Shown: one piece after another, positions 28,494-36,304 of the stretch
Layout of the letters: every line of letters begins with the position of its first letter
Position numbering within the stretch: position 1 is the first letter of the stretch
Position numbers and translations under genes: made by a program
Origin: Candidatus Desantisbacteria bacterium CG1_02_49_89
GTDB taxonomy: Bacteria; Desantisbacteria; UBA1551
Length of the DNA stretch: 47,550 bases
NCBI GenBank assembly: GCA_001871075.1
Contig: MNUP01000028.1
Location: 1-47,550 of the forward strand
Direction of reading: 5' to 3'
The notes under the pieces: model-generated
What the model was told of the DNA's origin: nothing
Database searches by the model: none
Seen by the model: the letters and a program-made list of their open reading frames with translations, nothing else

Positions 28494-29465
28494 TCAGATT
28501 GTTTTTACAAGATCCATAAATTCATGATAATTCTTTGTTTTGTAGACATTGTTCCGTAAAGTTGTTGCATCCGGGAAGCCTTTAATATACCACATTGCAA
28601 TTTTTTTCATGAAACCGAAATTTCTTTCAATTTTATCCTTCCTGTACTTTATTATGTATTCTATATGCTCTTTCATGGCGCGCTTCCTTTTACTAAAAAT
28701 GTTCTTGTGTTCCGTGAATTTTTTTATTTCCAGGCAGTCTTCAATGTCTTTAAATATCCACGGCGCGCCAAGCGCTCCCCTTGCGACCGTAATGCCGTCG
28801 CATCCGGTCTCGTCGATCATTTTTTTCGCAAGCTCAGGGCTAAAAATATCGCCGCTTCCGAAAACCGGTATTGACACCGCGTTTTTTACTTCCCGTATGC
28901 TTGCGTAATCCACTTTGCCGGAATACATCTGTTTGCAGGTTCTGCCATGCATGAAAATAGCCGATATTCCGTTGTCTTCAAGGCGTCTTGCCAGACCCGC
29001 CAGGAATGCCGGGTCGATCTTATCGAAACCCGCCCTTATTTTTACGGTTACAGGCAGGCGCAGTTTATCCGACAGTATTCTGGCTGTTTTGATCAAAGCG
29101 TCCGGGGATCTCATCAGGTAACCCCCCGCTTTTCTTTTTAATATTTTTTGGACAGGGCAGGCGCTGTTTATGTCCAGAAAAGCTATATCGGGCACGGCAT
29201 CCAAAAGCACATAGGCGGCATCCAGCATTTTCAGCGGATCCCCGCCGAGCAGCTGGGCGGCTATCGGCCTGTCTTTAGAATTTGTTTTAAGCATCCGGAG
29301 AACCCTTGCATTTTTTATAATAAGAGGCATTGCGTCCAGCATTTCAAAAAAGCAAAGTTTTGTCCCGTACCTGCGCGCCATGGTCCTGAACGCAAGGTCA
29401 GTGCATCCTGACATCGAAGCCATTATTATGTTTGACGGGATCTCTTTATCGGCGATCTTGATCAT
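28494..29465 (-). CDS. dusB: tRNA-dihydrouridine synthase (DusB-like)
   Basis: ASMSGCTDLAFR, AAQLLG, DINSACPV, PVTVKIRAG, HGRT, GSGDI, ARGALGAPW; likely start MIKIAD at 29465. Confidence 0.88.
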   Translation of the reverse strand: MIKIADKEIPSNIIMASMSGCTDLAFRTMARRYGTKLCFFEMLDAMPLIIKNARVLRMLKTNSKDRPIAAQLLGGDPLKMLDAAYVLLDAVPDIAFLDINSACPVQKILKRKAGGYLMRSPDALIKTARILSDKLRLPVTVKIRAGFDKIDPAFLAGLARRLEDNGISAIFMHGRTCKQMYSGKVDYASIREVKNAVSIPVFGSGDIFSPELAKKMIDETGCDGITVARGALGAPWIFKDIEDCLEIKKFTEHKNIFSKRKRAMKEHIEYIIKYRKDKIERNFGFMKKIAMWYIKGFPDATTLRNNVYKTKNYHEFMDLVKTI

Positions 29466-29635
29466 ATTACAAAACAGTATATTCTTTTTTATGAAAAAGT
29501 CAACTTCCTCCATTGAGCCGGGAACGGGTATTACCCTCACCCCCTGAACCATACTGTTATCCCCTCACCTCAATCCTCTCCCTCAGGGGGAGAGGAAGAT
29601 TGCGGAGAAAATAACTTTTAAGGGGAGAATTTTAG

Positions 29636-30238
29636 ATGTTAAAGAAAATTTTATTATTAGGGGATTCGATACGGATGAGCTTTCAGCCTCTGGTAGCGGA
29701 AAAATTGAAGGGTGTTGCGGACGTGACAGGGCCGGGGGATAACTGCAGGTTCGTCAAATACACGCTGTGGAATATCGGGGGCTGGGTCGCGGAACTGGGC
29801 AAGCCGGATATAATCCACTGGAACAACGGTATATGGGACACGTACCACCTTAACCCCGAAACAGGGGTTTTCACGCCCCTGGAAGAATACGCGGCATACT
29901 TAAAACGCGCGCTGAAAGAGCTGCGCAGGACTGAAGCAAAGATAATCTGGGCCGCGACAACCCCTGTAAATGATAATAGCGGGGTGTGCAACAACGCGGA
30001 GGTAGACAGGTATAACGCTGAGGCTGCCAGGCTGATGAAAGCCGAAGGCATCGAGATAAACGACCTGAACAGGCTGTTGAGGGGAAATATTAATGAGCAT
30101 ATAGCGGAGGACGGCGTTCATCTGACACAGAAGGGGATGGAGGCGTGCGCTGAGGCTTGTTCAAATATCCTTAAAAAACAGCTCAAAGCTCAAAGTTACC
30201 CGCCCCGATGGCCATCGGGGCGAGGTCTCGCCCGCTGA
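29636..30238 (+). CDS. SGNH/GDSL hydrolase
   Basis: LLLGDSI block I, WNNG.WD block III, DGVHL block V. Confidence 0.9.
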   Translation: MLKKILLLGDSIRMSFQPLVAEKLKGVADVTGPGDNCRFVKYTLWNIGGWVAELGKPDIIHWNNGIWDTYHLNPETGVFTPLEEYAAYLKRALKELRRTEAKIIWAATTPVNDNSGVCNNAEVDRYNAEAARLMKAEGIEINDLNRLLRGNINEHIAEDGVHLTQKGMEACAEACSNILKKQLKAQSYPPRWPSGRGLAR

Positions 30239-30249
30239 AAGACGGGCGG
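30198..30249 (+). repeat. 52-nt double-hairpin insert (53-nt copy at 31138-31190)
   Basis: CGCCC-hairpin-GGGCG AGGTCT CGCCCG..GAAA..CGGGCG; empty site at 32510-32536. Confidence 0.85.
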
Positions 30250-30307
30250 AAAGGTTAAAAATGTTAAAGGGGTTAAAGAGGGTAAAAGGGGTAAAGGTTG
30301 ATAATCT

Positions 30308-30380
30308 GTCATTGCGAGAAGCGAAGCGACGAAGCAATCTATATAGATTGCCGCGCCCTTCGGGTCCAGCGGACAATGAT
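30308..30380. repeat. GTCATTGCGAG...GAAGCAATCT / AGATTGC...CAATGA inverted repeat; half copy at 17549-17575
   Basis: Imperfect inverted repeat seen directly. Confidence 0.7.
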
Positions 30381-30398
30381 CTAAAAGGATGGTGAAAA

Positions 30399-31100
30399 AT
30401 GAAAAAGATGTTAGGTGTGATGTTGGCGGTATCTCTGTGTTCTCTGTGGTTAGGTTGTTATGCGGCGGATGCTCCGGAGAAGGGCCTTATCGCTTACTGG
30501 TCTTTTGACGAGGGCTCCGGAAATACGGCTAAGGATATGTCGGGAAAAGGGCATAACGGGACGATCTACGGCGCGAAATACGAAAAGGGAAAGGCGGGGA
30601 CCTGCCTTTCTTTTGACGGGGTCGATAATTTCGTCAGTGTCCCGGATTTTGCCGACGCTCCGGTCTCGGAAATAACAATACTGGTCTGGCAGAAGACCGG
30701 CGAAGCCAGGGCGCAGTCCACTTTAAGCAATTTCCCGGATGATTACAAGGACCGCATTAATTTCCACATTCCCTGGTCTGACGGGACCGTGTACTGGGAT
30801 TTCGGGGATATAACCGCGGAAGGAAGGCTGAGCTATATTCCGGACCAGGAGATCGTAGGGACCTGGCAGCACTTCGCTTTTGTAGCGAGCGAGTCAGAAA
30901 ATTGCATGAAAATATACAGGAACGGGGTTGAGGAAGCCTCCAAGGACGGGATGTGCCCTTATTCGGGAGCGCCGAGGGGCATATACATAGGGCTTCTGGA
31001 CGGGGCGAACTTTTTCATCGGTGAAATAGACGAGTTAAAAATGTACAACCGCGCGTTAAGCGCAAAGGAAATAAAAGCCCAGTTCAGCGCGGCGAAGTAG
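30399..31100 (+). CDS. Secreted LamG/concanavalin A-like domain protein
   Basis: Signal peptide, GLIAYWSFDEGSG, FDGVDNFV, WQHFAFV, FIGEIDELKMYNRALS. Confidence 0.9.
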   Translation: MKKMLGVMLAVSLCSLWLGCYAADAPEKGLIAYWSFDEGSGNTAKDMSGKGHNGTIYGAKYEKGKAGTCLSFDGVDNFVSVPDFADAPVSEITILVWQKTGEARAQSTLSNFPDDYKDRINFHIPWSDGTVYWDFGDITAEGRLSYIPDQEIVGTWQHFAFVASESENCMKIYRNGVEEASKDGMCPYSGAPRGIYIGLLDGANFFIGEIDELKMYNRALSAKEIKAQFSAAK

Positions 31101-31265
31101 CCAAAAGTTGAACGTTGAAAGTTGAACGTTGAAAGTTACCCGCCCAATCGGATAGATCGGGCGAGGTCTCGCCCGCCGAAAGACGGGCGGAAAAAGGTTA
31201 AAGAGGGTAAAGGGGGTAAAAAGGTTCGCGCCAGAATGTGTTACCCCCGCAGTTCCGACACAATA

Positions 31266-31334
31266 TCCCCCCTACTTTCTTTCGAAAGTGACAGGGGGGA
31301 CTTTCGGGTCAGAACTGAGCCTATGACCCTACAG
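31266..31334 (+). repeat. 67-nt-class mini-element (variant first stem, standard second stem)
   Basis: TACTTTCTTTCGAAAGTGACAGGGGGGAC shared with 16617-16645, then GGGTCA-GAACTGAGCCTA-TGACCC. Confidence 0.8.
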
Positions 31335-31345
31335 AGGAAGATAAA

Positions 31346-32506
31346 ATGCTGCCAAGAGAAAGAGTTTTCAGGACGCTTGAGCACAAAGAGCCGGATATCA
31401 TACCGTGGGGAGAGCACTCCATAGATTACAATATCTATGAGGAGATACTCGGAAGGAAGTCGTTCGTCCAGGCAAAGTTCAGGGAGACGAAGGCCCTGTG
31501 GGACGGAAGGCGCGACGAGGTTATCGCTTCCTACAAAAGGGACATAATAGGCCTGGCAGACGCGCTGGGGTTTGATATAATACTTGCCCCGCTCGTGCCG
31601 TCAGCGAAAAGCGTTTACACGCCGATGGAGAAAATAGACGAGGAAACCTACAAAGACGGCAGCGGGAACATTTTCCGCATTTCTTCGACCACCCACGACC
31701 TGATGCCTTACAAGCTGAACCCGAAAGCCTACACAGCTCCGACCCTTGAGGGAATACGCGGGGAGATCGCCAGAATTGACCGGGATGGAGTTCCCTCCCC
31801 TGATGGATCATGCTGGGAACTGGTGGACCATATCGTGAAGGAAAGGAAAAAAACTCATTTCATAATGGGTTTCTGGGAGGATTTCGGATGGCCTTCTTTC
31901 GGGCAGACAGACGAGGATTTTTACATGAACATCCTGCTCCACCCGGAGATGAACGGGCCGATCGCTGAGCTGAACGGGAAAAGAGCGATAGCAGGCTTAA
32001 AGTACCTGGCTGAACACAAGGTGGACGCGGTAATGACCTGCGGCGACATGGGTTCCAGCGCCGGCGCGCTCGCTTCCCCGCTTATCTACAGGAAATACGT
32101 GCTCCGGTGGCATAAAAAATACGCTGAGGAAGCCCGCAGGCTCGGCCTGAAGATCATAAAGCACGCCTGCGGAAGGACATGGGACTTCATAGACGATTTC
32201 ATTGACATAGGATATGACGCTTACGAGGCGATCCAGGCGAGCGCGGGGATGGATATGAAACTTTTGAAGGAAAAAACAAAGGGGAGATTAACGCTCTGGG
32301 GAGGGGTGACGAACGAGAACCTGATACTCGGGAAACCCGGAGATATTAAAAAAGACGCGCTCTACGCGATCAAGTGGGGCGCTCCTGGCGGCGGGTTCAT
32401 ATACGGCGCGTCGCATTCCCTCGCGGTCGGGACAAAAAGGGAAAACCTGCTTATGATGAAAGAGTGCAGGGACAGGTTCGGCGTTTACCCTGTTGGGGAT
32501 TTATAA
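31346..32506 (+). CDS. Uroporphyrinogen decarboxylase-like / MtaA-CmuA superfamily protein
   Basis: MLPRERVFRTLEHKEPD, GDMG, KHACG, LWGGV, GGGFIYGASHS. Confidence 0.85.
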   Translation: MLPRERVFRTLEHKEPDIIPWGEHSIDYNIYEEILGRKSFVQAKFRETKALWDGRRDEVIASYKRDIIGLADALGFDIILAPLVPSAKSVYTPMEKIDEETYKDGSGNIFRISSTTHDLMPYKLNPKAYTAPTLEGIRGEIARIDRDGVPSPDGSCWELVDHIVKERKKTHFIMGFWEDFGWPSFGQTDEDFYMNILLHPEMNGPIAELNGKRAIAGLKYLAEHKVDAVMTCGDMGSSAGALASPLIYRKYVLRWHKKYAEEARRLGLKIIKHACGRTWDFIDDFIDIGYDAYEAIQASAGMDMKLLKEKTKGRLTLWGGVTNENLILGKPGDIKKDALYAIKWGAPGGGFIYGASHSLAVGTKRENLLMMKECRDRFGVYPVGDL

Positions 32507-32567
32507 ATAAAAGTTAAAAAGGTTAAAGAGGGTAAAAAGGTTAAAGGTTAAGGCTAAACTTGAAAAC

Positions 32568-32599
32568 AAAAAGGGGCGGAAAGAAACCGCCCCTTTTTT
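32568..32599. terminator. Bidirectional intrinsic terminator
   Basis: AAAAA-GGGGCGG-N7-CCGCCCC-TTTTTT between convergent genes. Confidence 0.85.
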
Positions 32600-32683
32600 A
32601 TTTACCCTCACCCGCCACCCTCTCCCTCATAACACCCCCATCTCAGTCTTCCCCCGTCAGAGGGGGAAGAAGATCAAGGAAAG

Positions 32684-35600
32684 CTATTTGTTGGTTACCT
32701 TTATAACGGAGACAAAAAGGTCATTATCGTAGGCGAACCTGAAATCAAAGCCGTTGCACCGTTTCTTGAAATCCGCGTCTTCTATGGTGAACACGTATTT
32801 TTTCCAGGACCCGCTGTCTTCAAGGGCGATACCGTCCCCGGGAGTTTTCCACGGCCCTTCTTTTGAATCGTAGTTCAAAGCTATGCTGCCCGTGCCCTCG
32901 TCGAAATATTCTATCTCTATCTCCACTTTTTTCCCCGGCTTGAAATCCGGGCCTGCCTTGCAGTACAGGAACCTTCCTCCGCCGTATTTGTTGGGCACAA
33001 GCTTCCTGCAGGATTTCCCTTCTTTTTCAGCCGGTTCTGTGAGCCCGTCCTCCCCGTCACCCTGTACCAGGCCTTTTTCACTATTCTTCTTACCCAGCTT
33101 GACCGATATCTCAGCCGCAGAGGGTTTTTTGGCGGCCTCGAAAACACTGACGCCGTTTATAGGATCTTTTTCCGAGAACAGCACGCATCCGATGGAATTC
33201 GGTTCAAGCGTAATTTTATATTCGTTCGCAGCGGGCTTTGCTATGCCTGAGCCTGTAACTTTATCAGCGGGAATGCGGATCGTTTTCTCAATTTTTTCTT
33301 CAGTTGAATTGTAATAGATGATCCTGTCCTGCTGCAGGACCGCGAACAACCCGTCCTTTTCGCCGTCAACCTCGGGATAAACGCCGAACTTAGCCCTTAA
33401 AGCCCTTATCGTCTGGAAATAGCCGGCGTTGTCAGCCCAGGTGCCGGGGAACAGGGCGACATATCCTTTGTCTTTTTTTACAAGGCAGCGGTCCAGGACC
33501 TTACCCGTATCGATCTGTTTTACCTTTATCCTGTTGTGGAACACCTTTTCTTCTTCGCTTGCCCCGCTCTCGTACAGCTCAGCCGATCTCACCATTATGC
33601 CAAGGGTGCGGTTGTCGCTTGATCCCGGCATTTTTTCCGCAGGCATCCATCCTTCAACTTCCATCATGATCTCAAGGCCGGTTTTGCCCTTAAGTTCTTT
33701 GCCGCTTATTTCCACGGGTTCCATGCCCGCGCTGATGTCCGCTGCTTCCTTTCCGTTTACGAAGAGTTTGCCCGGCACAGGGCAGTCAGCCGTAAGCCTG
33801 AACACGTAATCCTTCTGCGGGTTGACAGTGAACCTGAAACCGCATTTTGTGCCTGACCAGCGCCAGTGGGATGATTCGTTGCCGCCCTCAATGCCGTTCC
33901 AGTCCCCGGTAAGGTATGGTTCGTCCCCTGTGATGCCGACATTGAGCACAAAGTAAGAGGGGAGGTCGGCAGCGGCCATGCTCTTTATTTCCGCCGGATA
34001 CTCGTCCGAGCCTATGATGTCCGCCTGGGCTTTTTTATCTCCCTCAGGGGTCTGGAAGCTCGCGCCCATGTCATAGGTCACGAATATGCCGCCTGCCTTG
34101 ATCCATTCGGATATCTTGTCCCAGACCTTCTGTTCCGTGATATTTCCCTCAAGCATGACCAGGAACCTGTATTTGTCCAGGGCCCCGTCCATGATCATCC
34201 ACTCGTCCAGGTAATCGTGGTCAAACCAATCCCTCATACCGGCGCTGCGCGCGTAGAACTCTCCGTAACGCTCTTCCGCGACGGCGAAATCTATACGCGG
34301 GCAGAGCACCGCGATGTCGATGAGCGGCGCGGCTTTTGTAAGGAATGCCTTGTGGCGGAAGAACGCGTCTGTTGCCTGCGGTATTGTTTTGCCGCTGTCA
34401 GATGCGAAGACATTGCCGCCGTAAAAATGCACCTCGTCAGCTCCGGCTGCCGCGGCGCCGAACATGCGCGCGACAACCCCTTTGGGGGTTACGTTCCCCG
34501 CAGGCTCGTAACTGAACGGGATATCGTAGAACCTTGCCGCTGATGCGACCTGCCTGGTCATCGTGAAATTAGCCGCGTAATCCGAGCCCTCGTTTGTTAT
34601 GCGTATGCCGCCGTTATATTTCTTTGCCATTTTTATCTGGGCTGAGAAATCAGAGCCCAGGCAGTTGGCGTCCGATCCGCCGGTGCATATGACCGGAGGA
34701 ACGTCCGCAAAATATTTGCGCGTTGTTGAGACCCAGAACTCAGTGAAGTCTGTCATCGATTTCCTGTACCATTCCATCTGGTCCAGCCAGTGCCTTGAAG
34801 ATAAGGCGCTTTTCCGCAGGACCGGGCTTATGGCCGCAAAATCCGCGAAGGATGCCTTCCAGGCAGCGTTCAGTTTTTCGGCCGTCAGATATTTTGCTTT
34901 CAGGAATTCCTTGAAATCCTTTTTCGCGTTCTCGTCCCCGCACCAGAACCCGGTGTGGACATGGTATTTGGTGTTCCAGTTGCCGCCTGCCGGATATATG
35001 GATTCCCCGTAATCGCCTGTCACGCCCAGCAGAACCCTTTTAATGACTTTCTTGTCCGCGTAACGCTGCGCGAAAATGCCGATAAACCTGTCGATCTCCG
35101 CCTTTAAGTAAGGGCTCCACAAAGACTGGTCAGCGGTTGCCTGGTTATGCTCAAGGCACACATAAGGGTAATGCTTTTCCGATTTCCTGAACCAGTCGGG
35201 AAATGAATACCAGGACCCCACTATTATGAACGGCATCCAGCCCTCGCCGAATTCCTTCAGTATCTTCACGTTGCGGTCATCATTCTTCCAGTTGAAAACT
35301 CCCGGCTGCGGCTCCACAACGTCCCACAGCACGTGGATGTACATCTCGGCCGCGGTCATTCCCAGGTCCCGGCAGAGTTTTGCCGCGCGCCTCGCTGATT
35401 TGTCGCTCTTTGAAAAATCAAACCCGAAAGTCACTTCCATCGGTGTCCTGTTGCTCAGGAGAAGGCTGTCTGTTCCTGTCTGTTCCTGCGTATAAGCGTA
35501 TCTTCCCCATTTCTTCAGGTCATAGGTGCGGCTGGTTACCCAGGAGGGCGGGGGGTTCTTGTCAAGGCTCAGAGCGAAAATATGTATGCTGGCGTTCTGC

Positions 35601-36151
35601 GGCAGGGTCAGTGTAACAAGCTCTTTCAAAGGATCAGCAATTACGCCCTGCGCGTAAAGGCAGCATGGGAACTCAGTCCTTTCTCCTTTCCTTATCATAG
35701 CAGGGAAGGCCGCGGCGTTTGTTTCGCCGAATTTCGGTTCTCCCATCCAGTCAGAGACGCCAAAAAGCTCTTTCGAGGATGAGCCGTCCGAATACGTTAG
35801 TATGAGGTCTTCAAGATAATCAACGCTTGAAGAGGCGCAAAGCGCGTAGATTACCGCGTATTTCCCCTTCGGCACATCGATCACCTGTGCCTGCGAAGAG
35901 ATATTGTCGGGTGCACCTTTCTTAAGCGCAGGCACAGAAAAGGGGATGCCGTTCGCTGTAAGTGTTTTTACGGGAAAAGAATCCCCGCAATAGCCGGAAT
36001 TGGCGAAATCAAGGTCCGGGGTCTCTCCCGCGGAACTTACGCCGCAGTTATTAAAATATTTGGAAAGATCAACGGGGGTGATGCTGGATGCGGCGAAAGC
36101 CGAGAGGCAGAAAGCGAAAAGAAAAACAGCGCAAAAAAATATGTGCTTCAT
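32684..36151 (-). CDS. Secreted multidomain glycoside hydrolase (GH14/GH42-like barrel, GH42-type trimerisation-like domain, accessory beta-sandwich domains)
   Basis: Signal peptide, WDVVEPQPGVFNW, GVTGDYGESIYP, Y...EKLNAAW, YEPAG, LDKYRFLV. Confidence 0.7.
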   Translation of the reverse strand: MKHIFFCAVFLFAFCLSAFAASSITPVDLSKYFNNCGVSSAGETPDLDFANSGYCGDSFPVKTLTANGIPFSVPALKKGAPDNISSQAQVIDVPKGKYAVIYALCASSSVDYLEDLILTYSDGSSSKELFGVSDWMGEPKFGETNAAAFPAMIRKGERTEFPCCLYAQGVIADPLKELVTLTLPQNASIHIFALSLDKNPPPSWVTSRTYDLKKWGRYAYTQEQTGTDSLLLSNRTPMEVTFGFDFSKSDKSARRAAKLCRDLGMTAAEMYIHVLWDVVEPQPGVFNWKNDDRNVKILKEFGEGWMPFIIVGSWYSFPDWFRKSEKHYPYVCLEHNQATADQSLWSPYLKAEIDRFIGIFAQRYADKKVIKRVLLGVTGDYGESIYPAGGNWNTKYHVHTGFWCGDENAKKDFKEFLKAKYLTAEKLNAAWKASFADFAAISPVLRKSALSSRHWLDQMEWYRKSMTDFTEFWVSTTRKYFADVPPVICTGGSDANCLGSDFSAQIKMAKKYNGGIRITNEGSDYAANFTMTRQVASAARFYDIPFSYEPAGNVTPKGVVARMFGAAAAGADEVHFYGGNVFASDSGKTIPQATDAFFRHKAFLTKAAPLIDIAVLCPRIDFAVAEERYGEFYARSAGMRDWFDHDYLDEWMIMDGALDKYRFLVMLEGNITEQKVWDKISEWIKAGGIFVTYDMGASFQTPEGDKKAQADIIGSDEYPAEIKSMAAADLPSYFVLNVGITGDEPYLTGDWNGIEGGNESSHWRWSGTKCGFRFTVNPQKDYVFRLTADCPVPGKLFVNGKEAADISAGMEPVEISGKELKGKTGLEIMMEVEGWMPAEKMPGSSDNRTLGIMVRSAELYESGASEEEKVFHNRIKVKQIDTGKVLDRCLVKKDKGYVALFPGTWADNAGYFQTIRALRAKFGVYPEVDGEKDGLFAVLQQDRIIYYNSTEEKIEKTIRIPADKVTGSGIAKPAANEYKITLEPNSIGCVLFSEKDPINGVSVFEAAKKPSAAEISVKLGKKNSEKGLVQGDGEDGLTEPAEKEGKSCRKLVPNKYGGGRFLYCKAGPDFKPGKKVEIEIEYFDEGTGSIALNYDSKEGPWKTPGDGIALEDSGSWKKYVFTIEDADFKKRCNGFDFRFAYDNDLFVSVIKVTNK

Positions 36152-36304
36152 AAAATCTCCTTTGAAATCTCCCCTTACCCCTCCTTTTAAAGGAGGGGAG
36201 TGTATAAAATCCCCCTTTTTAAAGGGGGAGACAGGGGGATTATTAAATAATCTCCCCTTGCCCCTCTTTATGAAAGAGGGGAATAGCCGGGCTAAAGCCC
36301 CGCG

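Noticed and set aside
29466-29552. N-terminal extension of DusB (and similar extensions at 576, 1274, 38869, 40970, 44546)
   Set aside because: Downstream ATGs fit the family N-termini or SD positions better; the dusB extension contains a TTGACT-16-TATACT promoter-like sequence.
31122-31424. Spacer ORFs (also 5648-5842, 16542-16730, 17459-17677, 40989-41375, 44443-44763)
   Set aside because: They translate repeat DNA or overlap real genes and have no convincing SD.
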